Part shown: one piece after another, positions 50,890-63,880 of the stretch
Numbering within the stretch: position 1 is the first letter of the stretch
How the letters are laid out: every line of letters starts with the position of its first letter
Assembly (NCBI RefSeq): GCF_006345805.1
Contig: NC_043012.1
Location: forward strand, 57,288,001-57,352,000
Origin: Octopus sinensis
Taxonomy: Eukaryota
Direction of reading: 5' to 3'
Length of the DNA stretch: 64,000 nt
Program-made: the position numbers and the translations under genes
Notes under the pieces: generated by a model
Told to the model about the DNA's origin: nothing
The model's input: the letters and a program-made list of their open reading frames with translations, nothing else
Databases searched by the model: none

Positions 50890-52029
50890 AAGAAAGAGAG
50901 CATGTGAGTGTGTTATGATCATAATTCTGAGTGTGTAGGAAACGGTCAATGAATACAGGTGACAAAATATAGTTTGTGTTTGTGTGTGTGTGTGTGTGTG
51001 TGCGTGTGTGTACACGTGTGTTTGTAAATAGCAAAAATAAACTGACATTAATGTATTTGTGGAGAAAAATTAAATTAATTTTATGAGCGTCCAAGTTGTG
51101 GATCAGCGACATGATCAAAATTGGAGTGGAACATAATTAAAATATATACACACACACATACACACACATACAAGCACACACACACAAGCATGCATATACA
51201 CACACATGCACATTATCATCATCAGCATTTTAATGTCCACTTTTCCAGGCTGGCATGAACCTGTGGAAGTTCATTGAGGCAGACTTTTCCTTGGTTGGAT
51301 GCTCTTCCGGTTACTTCATAAATGGCGTAGAAGAGAAGAAAAAAGTGTGTGTGTGTATAATATATAGGTCTGACGATACAAACAGGAAAACAGAACTCAA
51401 AGCATTAGTATATATATATATATATATATATGTTTTAATTATAAGTTGACAGAAGTTACAGAGTGACTCAGGGACCCAAAGCTTATATACACAAACAAGC
51501 ACACACACACACATACAGAGCCATGCATACGCACATACAGATAGAACTAGCTAAAGAGGAAGTGTCTACATGCTTGCTCAACTTGCTAGACATAGCAATT
51601 AAATCTCCATCAAAATCACACTGCGTCATCAAAACAGAATTAGAAAGAAACTGAATAATGGACTTCCAGATACATTACCGCTATGTATGTATGTATGTAT
51701 GTGTGTGTGTATTATATATGTATGTGTGTATGTGTTTAGGTGTATATATGTCACATGATCTTATATTTGATTTTTACTGTAAAAAAAAAACAGGGTTGTA
51801 TCTTAGACACAGAGCAAACCCGATATCAAGTTTGAGTATGAAGAGAAAACATTGTGCACCAAGATTTAGCTCAAAATTAGGGCTGTTACTCATATATAAC
51901 TGCAATTTATGCAATAGTAAATACCTCCCTACATATCTATCTTTCTATCAGTCTATATATCTGCCTGTCTGCCTATCCGTCCATACGTCCGTCCGTCCAT
52001 CCATCCATCCATCTATCTATCTGCCCTTC

Positions 52030-52205
52030 GTCTGCTGCAATGTTCTGAGTTCAAATTCCGCCGAGGTCGACTTTGCCTTTCATCCTTTCGGGGTCGATTA
52101 AATTAAGTACCAGTTACGCACTGGGGTTGATGTAATCGACTTAATCCGTTTGTCTGTCCTTGTTTGTCCCCTCTATGTTTAGCACCTTGTGGGTAGTAAA
52201 GAAAT
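52030..52205 (+). mobile_element. Young SINE family B copy (5'-truncated)
   Basis: Near-consensus core and tail. Confidence 0.9.
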
Positions 52206-52207
52206 AT

Positions 52208-52420
52208 ATTCTTTTATTCATTGTAAGAAATTAGACTGTGACCATGCTGGAACACCACCTTCAAGAGTTTTAGTTGAACATATTGACCCCCCAAGAATTT
52301 TTATCTTTTGTAAAGCCTAGTGCTTATTCTATTGGTCTTTTTTGTTGAACTGCTAAGTCAAGTGGTTGTCAAGCAGTGATGGAGGGACAAACAAAGACAC
52401 AAAGACATACACACAGATAT

Positions 52421-52460
<40 letters not shown>

Positions 52461-53153
52461 GTGAAGGGTTTCTTTTGGTTTCCATCTATCAAATCCACTC
52501 ACAAGGCATTGTTCAGCCTCACAAGGCACATGTCTTGTAAGCGCTGGTGCCATGTCATGTAACAAGCACCCATGCCAGTGCTGCATAAAAGCACACAGTA
52601 CACTCTGTTAAGTGGCTGGCATTAAGAAGAGCATCTGGTCATTGAAACCATGCCAAAACAGATGATTGGAGCCTGAACAGCCCTTCTGCTGGTAAGCTTC
52701 AGTGAAACCGTCCAACCCATGCCATCATGGAAAAGTGGATGTTGAATGATGATGCTAATAATAATGATGATGATGATGATGATGATGATAATGATGATGA
52801 TATCTCTCTCTTTTCTCTTTTACTTGTTTCAGTCATTTGACTGCGGCCATGCTGGAGCACCGCCTTTAGTCGAGCAAATCGACCCCGGGACTTATTCTTT
52901 GTAAGCCCAGTACTTATTCTATCGGTCTCGTTTGCCGAACCGCTAAGTGACGGGGACGTAAACACACCAGCATCGGTTGTCAAGCAATGCTAGGGGTCAA
53001 ACACAGACACACACATACATATATATGACAGGCTTCTTTCAGTTTCCGTCTACCAAATCCACTCACAAGGCATTGGTCAGCCCGGGGCTATAGCAGAAGA
53101 CACTTGCCCAAGATGCCACGCAGTGGGACTGAACCTGGAACCATGTGGTTGGT
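52208..53153 (-). mobile_element. Two SINE family A copies (52208-52512 and young 52806-53153) flanking a + strand SINE C (about 52520-52800)
   Basis: Direct match to the reference families. Confidence 0.85.
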
Positions 53154-53252
53154 TGGACATGTCTGGATCAAGGTGGTAATGTTTTTGATCATAAGTGTAC
53201 TAAATGAGAGCTGAGCCAGGGTTAAAGAAAAACAACAGCGATAATAATGATG

Positions 53253-53284
<32 letters not shown>

Positions 53285-54987
53285 GGTGATGATGATGATG
53301 ATGATGACAAGGATGATGACAGCGATGAGAAATTTGCTGAACCCTAAATCCACAACTGTGAAGAAGTAGACGCGATGAAAAGATGAATAGATTTACAGCG
53401 AAAGCAACAACTGCTAAGATGAATTGAACGATATTTAGTTAGAGTCGAATGACATGGAGAGAAAGTAAGACAGAGGAGTAAAAACAGGAAAAGAAGAAAA
53501 GAAGACATAAAAACAACGAACCCCCCCCCCAAAAAAAATATATATATATAAAAAAAATGAACAAGAAAGGAAAGAAAAAAACATGGCATCCCCATCCTGA
53601 AGCAAAGATTTGTCAGACCATTAAAGGTTAAAGAGCTTTCAAGACACGTTAGAGTTTAGAAGAATAATCATTTGCGAAAGAGATAGCAATTAATTTGTAC
53701 TTATTTAGATAAAGTACAATTTAGAATGTAACAACACCCGACAACTCAACACCTGATCCACCCCCACTCCGTCCACCACCCCACAACTGCAAAGAAAGCG
53801 ATTAATCATAAGATTCTGGTTAGAAATCCGTAATTGTTTCGGTGAGGTGTTGTTCTCATAGAGTTACCTCCTCACTAGCAGAGGCTTAACTCTCCAACCC
53901 TAACCCCGCACTTTTTTGTTTGTTTGTTTTTTTTTATATCATTTTTATCTTTTTTTTTTAGTTCAGTTTTTCTCCCCTCCCCTTCTTCCACCCTCTCATG
54001 TTAATATATTCCATTTTACCTTGCTATCATGAATAGGATGGCTTACATAAAATTTTATGCATTAACTTATACTGTTGTTGTTACATTGTATAAGTTGTTG
54101 ATTTTTGTTTAGTTATTTTTTTAGGTTTGCTTTTTTTTTTCTCTTCTGTTTGTTTTATTTTTTTTTCCCCCTACCTTTTCCAGTTGGGTGCCTTTTTTCT
54201 TTCTCTCCAATTGCTTAACCATTCAACTGTGAAGTAAAGAACTGAACCTATAATCAACCTAACCTGACAAGCTGAATAAAGCAAAGTCATGTTTGTATTT
54301 ATGCAAATTTCTTTTTTCCTTTATACCTCTTAGTGAGGGAGGAAAGATCAGCACCTGTGATTCATTTTTTCTTTTCATTCTTTTTCTACCATGACTGTGG
54401 CCATGCTGGAGCACTGCCTTGAAGCATTTAGTTGAACAAATCGACCCCCAGTGCTTATTCTATCACTCTCTTTTTTACTGAACCACCAAGATATGGGAAC
54501 ATAAATAAACCAACACCTGTTGGCAAGCAGTGGAGGGGGACAAACACATACTTAAAGAGACACACATACACACATAGATACATACACTTATACATATATG
54601 ATAGACTTCTTTCAGTCTAACAATTCTGCCAGCTTGCCACCATGATAATAACGACGACGACGACGATGATGATGATAATGATAGAAAAAGTTGATAAATA
54701 TGGAGACCTGAAGATTGAGATTGCTAAGATGTGGCAGCTACGAGAGTCCAACATAAAGGTTATCCCTATTGTCATCGGAGCATTGAGTTCAATATCACCC
54801 AATCTGAAACGACATCTGAGAACCTTAGGGATACCCTACAATCTAGATGTATTGCAAAAGTCGGCATTACCTGTGTAAAGTACTGTCTGTCTGAGGTCCT
54901 TGTTGTCACTCGACAAACAGTACAAACCCCTGGTAGACCCATTACCTTCAATCAACAACCTCACGATATTGTATACTGTGTGACGTC

Positions 54988-55021
<34 letters not shown>

Positions 55022-55039
55022 TAATAATAATAATAATAA

Positions 55040-55930
55040 TAATGGATTTGAATTTCGGCATAAGGCCAGCAATTTCAGGAAGAGGATAAGTCACTTACAT
55101 CGATCCCCAGTATTCAACTGGTACTTATTTTATCGACCCTGAAAGGATGAAGGGCAAAGTCAACCTTGGCAGAATTTGAACTCAGAACATAAAGACATAC
55201 AAAATGCTGCTAAGCATTTTGGCTGGGGTGCTAACGATTCTGCCAGCTTGCTGCCTTAAACAACACCAACAACAACAACAACAATAATAATTATATTAAT
55301 AATAATAATAATAATAATAATGATAATAATCCTTTCTACTATAAGCACAAGGCCTGAAATTTTGGGGAAGGGGGCAAGTTGGTAACATCAACCCCAGTGT
55401 ATAACTGATACTTATTTCATCTACCCTGAAAAGATGAAAGGCAAAATCGACCTTGGCAGAATTTGAACTCAGAATGTAAAGACAGGCAAAATGCTTAGCA
55501 ACATTTTGGCTGGTGTGCTAATGATTCAGCCAGCATGCCGCCTTAATAACAACAACAATAATAGTGATGATAATGATGATGATGATGATGATTTCAAAAT
55601 TTGGCACTGGACCTGAAACTTTCAGGGGAAGGACATTAGTCAAATACATCAACCTCAGTGCATAACTGGTACATATTTTCTCAATCATAAAAGGATGAAA
55701 GGCCGAGTAGACCTTGGTAGAATTTTTAAACAGAGAATGTAAAAAACGAAAAGAGATGTCGCTAAGAATTTTGTCTGGCATGCTAACGAATCTGTCAGTT
55801 TACTGTCCTTATAACGATTTCAAAATTAGAAATAGATTTAAGGCAGCAAACTGGCTGAACTTTTAGCACTCTGAGCAAAATGTGGCATTTCATCTGTCAT
55901 TTGACTTAGTCGTTCATCCTTTCAGGGGTC
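55040..55930. mobile_element. Cluster of three reverse SINE family B copies separated by (AAT)n/(GAT)n, plus one forward fragment
   Basis: Repeated B heads and cores. Confidence 0.85.
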
Positions 55931-55950
55931 GATATCAGAAATATATTTAA

Positions 55951-56166
55951 CCCTTCAGCATTCAGATTACTCTGTCAAATATAATGCTTATTTATTCACA
56001 TTGTTTTTAATTAATAATACATTATCTTCTAGCTTTGAGATTTCGATTATGCGATTGTTTAATTTTAGGATGGCTTTGTAGGGTAGGTGTGAGAGGCCAA
56101 ATCTGGCTAGTTTGAACATAGAACAGAATATGTAGGCCAAATATGGCTGGTTTAAAAGCTAAAGGA
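55951..56166. mobile_element. Second TTAA-flanked MITE family (related copy at about 46410-46606)
   Basis: TTAA|cccttcagcattc ... gctaaagga|TTAA; internal tgtagggta.gtgt.agagg shared. Confidence 0.7.
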
Positions 56167-56407
56167 TTAAGTCAGGGAGTTCATAAAATCTTTAGCATGC
56201 TGTACATTCTCAGTTCAAATGTGGCCAGGGTCGACTTTGACTTTTCTCCTTTCAGGGTTGATAAAATAAACACCAGTTGAGTACTGGGGGCTGATGTAGT
56301 CGACTTATCCCCTTCCCCGAAATTGCTGGCCTTGTGCCGAAATTTGAAACCAATATTAGAAATAGATATTTTTGGAGTAAAGATTGTTTGCCAACATAAC
56401 ATGGCAG

Positions 56408-56585
56408 TCCTGGTTTAGGACAAATGTTGCTGTAATTTAACCCCAGGAGACATCGTCTCCAGCTGGCTATATGACATGATCTGTGTTCTTATTCGAAAAT
56501 ATAAGGACACAGATCATGTCGTATACCCAGCTAGAGACGATGTTTCCTGGGGCTAAATTATAGCAACATTTGTCCTAAACCAGGA
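56408..56585. repeat. 85-bp near-perfect inverted repeat with an 8-nt loop (foldback/MITE-like)
   Basis: 56408-56492 pairs with 56501-56585: 78 Watson-Crick pairs, 4 G-T pairs and 3 mismatches on the + strand. Confidence 0.95.
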
Positions 56586-57344
56586 TAGACTTTTTTTGTT
56601 GTAAGGAATATAACTCGTATGCATCAGACAAGGGGTCCTTTCTGCCTCCTAAATATTCGGCTTCTATATTTCTTCATCTTTCCTCATGGCATAAAATCCA
56701 TTCTCCAGTTTCAACTCTTTCTATTTCATAAACTATATTTATATATTTTTTTCCTTTTCTTCTCCTTTTGTAATGGTGTGGACATTTTATTAGCTTATTT
56801 CATTTATAATGTTAATTCTTCAACAACAAAGGTGTTAGTAGCATTTATTAAGTAGCTTCAGTTATATAATTAGTTCTAAAATTAAAAGTACTATATACTT
56901 GATGTGACTTGATTAAACTCAAGTTGCTTTCAGTTCAGTTCTACTATATTCATATATGCTACATCAGAGTGTCTTGAGATTCTTCAGTTCAGGAAATATT
57001 CTCTAGATTAATTAATGGTTAACATTTCTATCAATAAGTTTTATAATGAATGATGGAATGGTGTGAGGGATGGGAGAAGGCGAAAGAAAGAGAGAGAGAG
57101 AGGGGGAGACAGAGAGAGAAATAGAAGAGAGAGAAACAAATTACGTGCTTTATGGTATTAACAAAGTTGAATAGTCAAGATATTTGCTTTGTAAATGTGA
57201 GGTTCTAGGATCAAACCCTCCATGGAATTGATTTTTTGTTACCATGGTCTCAGTTTGATCCAAACTTTAGGAGTGAAACTGGAAAGGTGGGAAAAATATG
57301 GAAGCCTGATGGATTCATCATCGTCAGTGATATTGTTGTCTTTG

Positions 57345-57860
57345 TTGCTGCCATTATCGTCGTAGTCCTTGAGCAAAACACTTTATTTCTTGTTGCTCCA
57401 GTTCACTCAGCTGTAGAAACGAGTTGTGACATCACTGGTGCCAAGTTGTATCAGCCTTTGCCTTTCTCTTGGATAACATCAGTGGTATGGAGACAGGAGG
57501 CTGGTATGCATGGGCAACTGCTGGTCTTCCATAAACAACATTGCACAGACTTTTGCTTCAGAGGGGAACATTCTAGGTTCCCCTAGAAAAGGCGGTGAGC
57601 TGACAGAATCGTTAGCACGCCGGGCGAAATGCTTGGCGGTATTTTGTCTGCCGCTACGTCCTGAGTTCAAATTCCGGCGGGGTTGACTTTGCCTTTCATC
57701 CTTTTGGGGTCGATAAATTAAGTACTGGAGTCGATGTAATCAACTTAATCCCTTTGTCTGTCCTTGTTTGTCCCCTCTATGTTTAGCCCCTTGTGGGCAA
57801 TAAAGAAATAAGAGGGGAACATTCTAGGTGAAATCCCATGGTCATTCTTGACCGAAGGGC
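57345..57860 (+). mobile_element. SINE family D variant interrupted by a young SINE B (57579-57810) with a 19-bp TSD
   Basis: agaggggaacattctaggt occurs at 57560-57578 and 57811-57829. Confidence 0.9.
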
Positions 57861-58654
57861 ATCTTTGCTCTTTTTTACTCTTTACATCTATATCATGCAT
57901 GTCTTCTTGAACGTGTCACTTAACTCATCTTGGCGGACGAAAAAAAAAAGGCTGCGCTTTTACATGAGCAGTGAACAACAGGAAGGGTAACCAACAGCCT
58001 CTCTCTCTCTCTCACATATACACACACACTCTCAAGAACCATTCGTTCTATCAAAAACCATTCGACCTCTGGAAGAATGGAAAACACAACAGATTTTTAA
58101 AACAAGAACGGTAAAGTTAAGAGAAATAGAAGGAATTTGTTCTGCTTTATATCAAAGATGAAACCCAACAGATGCCATGTTCGCAGAGGAAGTTTTGTTC
58201 TTTTTTAAAAAAAACAAAACATATAAAGTATATTTAAAAACATAATAAAATTGAATGGAATATCAAATAACTTGACAGATAATCGGTAATTTAATCCACC
58301 CAAGATGATTGGGTTTATCTCTACGGCCTGACATTTTTTTGTGTTACAAAGAAGACAGAAATGATATCTACAAGAATATATGCATAATACAATATGATGT
58401 AATATAATAATATAATATATAATATAATATTATAAAATTACAATATATATACACACATACACACACACATATACACACACATATATATCAATGTCATACT
58501 ACACACACACACCACGCATATAAAAGTATATTTCTATAGTATAATATAATATATAATATATATATGTAAAGTATATATATATATGTATGTATGTATGTAT
58601 GTATAAATGTATGTATGCATGTATGTATGTATGTATATTATATATATATATATA

Positions 58655-58693
<39 letters not shown>

Positions 58694-58996
58694 TATATAT
58701 ATGCATATATACATATATATATATATATTTATATATTTATTTATATAAATAGATAGATAGATAGATAGATAGATAGACACATACAAACATTTCTTTGTCT
58801 AACGACATACAGATATTTATATAGCTGCGGAAAAAGTTCTAGATAATAAAATAACACCCCTATTCTTTTACGTGTCTTGCCAAAAAAGAAAAAAAAAAAA
58901 GGTTCAAAATCGCTTCTGTCTTTATTGTAGAACCATCAGTAAACCTTCATCTTCGAAGGGTTAAGATGATATTTTTCCAACACTAGCTTGAAAAGA

Positions 58997-59033
<37 letters not shown>

Positions 59034-59319
59034 AAAAAAGGTAGAAAACAGAAAGAAAGAAAGTAAGAATATGAGCGAGTGAATGAATGAATGAGATGTT
59101 TATGGGTATTGGATAAGTACCGTGAACCGAAGAGACAGATCTAATAAATACAAGTGAATGGAGAATGTGATTGGTTGTCATAAGTATTGATTGGTGTATA
59201 TAAGATACGAGACTGCAATGGTACAGACTTGATGGGCATGTATTGTGTACGGATCATAGGATCAAATTATGTTGACTGAAGATGAAGACAAAGCAAACTG
59301 CTACATGCTGGAAGTAAAA

Positions 59320-59369
59320 TACACACACACACACATATATGTATATATATATGTATATATATATGTATG

Positions 59370-59462
<93 letters not shown>

Positions 59463-59463
59463 G

Positions 59464-59511
<48 letters not shown>

Positions 59512-59523
59512 ATATATATATAC

Positions 59524-59585
<62 letters not shown>
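59320..59585. repeat. ~265-bp (TA)n-rich microsatellite inside the 59050-59760 repeat copy
   Basis: Absent from the homologous copy near 45450. Confidence 0.9.
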
Positions 59586-61324
59586 AGAATGAGGGAGAAG
59601 AGAGGGTGATTTAATTCTTGAAACAAAATAGACAGTTAATTCTGTCGGTAAATATTTAGACTACACACAAAGGATGGAGACTCGGGAAATGGTACAATTG
59701 GGAGAGAAGATATTCTATTGAACAGGAGCTTTTCTAAGTTAATATCCAGTATTGGAAAACTACATATTAAAACCAACGACAGTGGTTGATAGAGGTGATG
59801 ACAATGGTTTGGACAACAGCAGTGACACTGACAACAATAATCTTGTAATGATTATGATGACAGTGATGATGATGATGATGATGATGATGATGACAATGAT
59901 AATCTTGCAATGATTATGATGATGAATGGTGATGAAGAAAATGGTCAATGAGGATGGTGATGGTGATGATGATGATGATGATGATGATGGTGGTGGTGAG
60001 GATATTGATGAATGGTGATGAAGAAAATGATCAATGATGATGGTGATGATTATGATAATGAAGATGATGATGAGAATGATGATAGGTACAAAAATGGTTA
60101 ATGGTGGTGATGATGACCATCATCATTATGAGAATGACAATGGTGGTAGTGAGTATTATGAAACTAGTGTAGGATCTGTTGAAAATGATGGGGTTTATTT
60201 GTCTCAAAATCAAGTCATTCTTAATCTTTCTGCTTCAAACCAAACTCTATTTTTTTCTCATGTTTCATCTTGCTTTCTTTCAGTTATTTTTGTTCAGTTT
60301 ACAAAGGCCTTGCTTTTTTTCTTTGTTATTTTGAAGCATTTCTTTTTTACAGTATACACCAAGTATTGAATTCTTTTTGTGATAATCTTTGTCATTTTTT
60401 TCACTGCAGCTCAAAGTCAAGTAGTTTGTCTGTCACTGTCACTGAGAACATTTTTGATTACTAATTACCTATTGTATATTTTAAATTATTATTAATTAAT
60501 GTTTCCATTCTCTCATGAACTATATTATTTGTTTCCTTCCTCTCTCTATCAATGTCTCCTCACTTGATATCATACCCAAATCTCTCTCCTCTCTCTCTCT
60601 CTAATGTTCTGTCTTTCTCATTTTCTCAATCATTCACTCACTCTCTACACCTGTTATTTTATCATGTTACCTCTCTAAATATCACCATCCTCTACTGTAG
60701 AGGTACATCTTTCTTCCTTCCACCACTCTTCTCTTAGATGCCATAACTCTACCACCCTTACTTTATCTTTCATCCCCTCCCTAAATTTCACTGTCTGCTT
60801 GACTGCCTGCCTGTCTCTCAAGCATTCTTGAATGCTATTTCTCAGACTGATGCTGATGATAGAAATAATGAAAAGATGATGATGATGATGACAATGATGG
60901 CAATAATGATGATGATGGCGACAATGATTATGATGAGGATAATGATGTACAATGCAAATTGTAACAACAACAACAAAAGACAATTGCTGTAATTTTTTGT
61001 TTTTTTTTCTTTTTTCTTTTTTGTTTTGCCTTTTCATTAACATCTTTTGTTTTTTCTGCACACAGTCATTTGTCTTCATCCACACAAGTCATTTGTTTTA
61101 TGCTAATGAGATGCTAACGAACACTGTGTCTAAATTTTCATTCTAATTATCATTACAAAACACATCGCTATTAAATAATATAATTAATTTTTATAACTAT
61201 TATTGATTTCTACAATAGTATTTGAACAATGATGTGGCTTTGGTAAAATATAAAAAGAAAAACGAAATTATTTTCATTTTAGAAATTTTTAATTTAGATG
61301 ACAAAATAACAGAGATAGTTGCAA

Positions 61325-61555
61325 AGATGTGGTTCCATAGAAAAATGTTGAAGGCATCTAATTCAGATAGAGTGACAAAACAACAAGGTTCTTAGAAGAG
61401 CAAAGACTAACCAGAAAGCTATTTGGTAGCGTTGGAAGACAAAAGGCTTATTTCATTGGATACCAAATGAGAAGAAAAACCTTTGAACATTTGGTGACAA
61501 ACGAGAAATTGAAAGGGAAGAAACTAAGGAATCACAGAGTGGACACTTGATGGCA
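61325..61555 (+). mobile_element. RTE-clade LINE ORF2 C-terminal remnant
   Basis: Across frameshifts it reads KMWFHRKMLK..DRVT/..VLRRAKT/..FIGYQMRRKTFEHLV..KLKGKK, the MW.YRRMLRISW.D.VTNEEVL motif of RTE/BovB-like elements. Confidence 0.7.
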
Positions 61556-61664
61556 TTTACAACAGACTTCTGAAAGCTCAGCCTAGTAATGTGATCTAGA
61601 AATAGCAGCCAAATTCTCATGAAATCAAACCCCCACCATCTTAAAACAAAAGCAAGAAAACTTG

Positions 61665-62545
61665 TGCGGTTGTGCGGTAAAAATCTTGCTTCCAGACCAC
61701 GTGGTTCCAGGTTCAGTCCCACTGTGTGGCACCTTGGGCAAGTATCTTCTATTATAGTTCTGGGTCGACCAAAGCCTTTTGAGTAGATTTGGTAGACGGA
61801 AACTGAAAGAAGCCCATCATATATATATATATATATATTAGAAGGTTTGGAGGTGATGTACAGGTATTATATATTAGAAGAAATAAGATACTCAGAAATC
61901 TGGATGTTTTTATATTTACAGATTTTTATTAATATGTCATATTCAAACCTGGAGAGTCTACTAGAGTAGATGCAAGCGCTAATATATGATTTATAAAAAC
62001 ATGTGACATTAATAAAAACCTGTAAATATAAAACCATCCAGATTTCTGAGTACCTTATTTCTTCTAAGATATATACATATATATATATATGCATATACGT
62101 GAATATTAACAAGTGAAACTGATCAGTACATAGCTAATCGTTTCTTATTTCGTATATTTTCATTTGTCTTGCTTATTTTTTACACTTTGGTTTTGTGCTG
62201 AGTTTTTTCTTGAGAACACATTCTTTGTGGAAAATAGCGATTGTGACGTCTATATCTAGCATATTGACCGTCCACTTTTAGTGGTCAGCCCTTTAAATTT
62301 TGTATATATATATATGTATGTATGTATGTATGATTGTATGTATGTATGTATGTATGTATATATCTGTGTGTGTGTGTCTATGTCTGTTCCCCCATCACTG
62401 CTTGACAACCAGTGTTGGTGTGTTTACATCCCCATTATTTAGAATAAGTACTAGGCATAAAAGAATAAGTTCTGAGGTTGATTCGTTCAACTAAAATCCT
62501 TTAAGGTTGTGTTCCAGCATGGCTGCAGTCAGATGGCTGGAACAA
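61665..62545 (+). mobile_element. SINE family A split at its internal (TA)n by ~500 bp of insertions, including a long-TIR MITE (61874-62067)
   Basis: 5' half at 61665-61825 and 3' half at 62340-62545; MITE arms at 61874-61939 and 62004-62067. Confidence 0.85.
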
Positions 62546-62770
62546 ATAAGATGAAATAAATAAACGGAAAGACAGGATGGCCACGATCAGAATACTTTTA
62601 ATCATAGATTTGTCATAATCAAGGTTGACCTGGGGCTAAACAACGAGAACTATAGTTTATTGCAAATGATATTCCTATGAATAACCTGCTATCTATTTCT
62701 GACAGGAAGAAGAGACAGAAGCAACATAGAATAAGTTATTCTGTCTAGAAATACAATGAAATACCAACAG

Positions 62771-62844
62771 CGGGAGGGAAGAGACTTGAACCCCTGACCT
62801 GTACGGTAGACAGTCGAATGCCTTAGCCACTAAGCCATTTCAAG
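62771..62844 (-). pseudogene. tRNA-like head (GTC anticodon, Asp-like) of a probable SINE or tRNA relic
   Basis: Minus strand TGGCTTAGTGGCTAAGGC ATTCGA CTGTCTA CCGTA CAGGTC AGGGG TTCAAGT CTCTT; the acceptor stem does not pair and there is no terminator. Confidence 0.55.
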
Positions 62845-63126
62845 TCTATATTGTCAACTGCAGTGATAGCTACAATAGTTGCTTTGTTATTGAGCATAGA
62901 AAGCCAACCGGTAGTCTTCTGTTCTTGACAGTAATCAAACCAACAACAACATTTGATGGTCAAGAGGGCAGGGGGTTAGGAGAGACAGGTGGTGTGTGTT
63001 GGGTGGGTGGGTGGGTGCTGGGTCATTCCACTATATTAAAGACCTGGAATTTCACTTGAAGCAGAACATTTGAATGATGAAAGAGAAACTTTCTATTTTG
63101 TTATTAGTATCATTATTATTGGTATA

Positions 63127-63162
<36 letters not shown>

Positions 63163-63534
63163 GTATCTATGTATCTATCTATCTATCAACTATCTATCTA
63201 TTTGTCTATCAGTCTATCTATCTGTCTGTCTGTCCGTCCATCCATCTATCCGTCCATCCATCCATCTATCTATGTTTTATAAATGGATATATAAGTATGT
63301 GTATATGTATGTATATATATAAATTTATATACATGCATGTATATATAAATATATAAATGTATGAATAAATATATATATGCCTATATACATATATACATAT
63401 GCATATATATGTGTATGTGTGTGTGTGTGTATGCATGCATGTATGGGTGCGTGTACACATATTATATGTATACATGCATGTATATGTATGTGTATGCATG
63501 CATGTGTGTGTGTCTGTGTGTGTGTAATTAGAAA

Positions 63535-63685
63535 GTTAAGTATGGCTTTAGGAAGGGCATCCAGCCATAGAAACCATGCAAAGACAAACATTGGTTCTCA
63601 ATCCAGCCCTCTGACTTGTCAAAGCTTGTCAAACTGTCCAACCCATGCCAGTATACAATATGAGGATTAAATGATGATGATAATG
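63535..63685 (+). mobile_element. SINE family C 3' portion
   Basis: ttaggaagggcatccagcc..aactgtccaacccatgccag..(gat)n. Confidence 0.75.
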
Positions 63686-63739
63686 AATTAGAAAATATAC
63701 CAAAAAATGTTCATGAGTAAAACAATTTCCATCATCATC

Positions 63740-63771
63740 ATCATAAGCATTATAATTATTATTATTATTAC

Positions 63772-63804
<33 letters not shown>

Positions 63805-63819
63805 TTTTATTATTATTAC

Positions 63820-63859
<40 letters not shown>

Positions 63860-63880
63860 GTTATTATTATTATTATTGTT
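63740..63880. repeat. (ATT)n microsatellite
   Basis: Directly visible. Confidence 0.95.

Noticed and set aside
53235-53378. Apparent transmembrane exon VVDLGFSKFLIAVIILVIII...
   Set aside because: The hydrophobic run is an (ATC)n microsatellite and there is no donor site.
53895-53907. CCCTAA telomere-like motif (also near 19231-19241)
   Set aside because: Only single units are present, which is expected by chance.
54655-54880. 78-aa ORF (KVDKYGDLKIEIAKMWQL..VIPIVIGALSSI) as a host gene
   Set aside because: It reads like the C-terminal restriction-like endonuclease region of an R2/R4-type LINE fragment starting in a (GAT)n run, so it is a retroelement remnant rather than a cellular gene. 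The clade was assigned by eye only.
60200-60440. K/E-rich coiled-coil-like reading on the minus strand
   Set aside because: Multiple stops in every frame and no recognisable motif.
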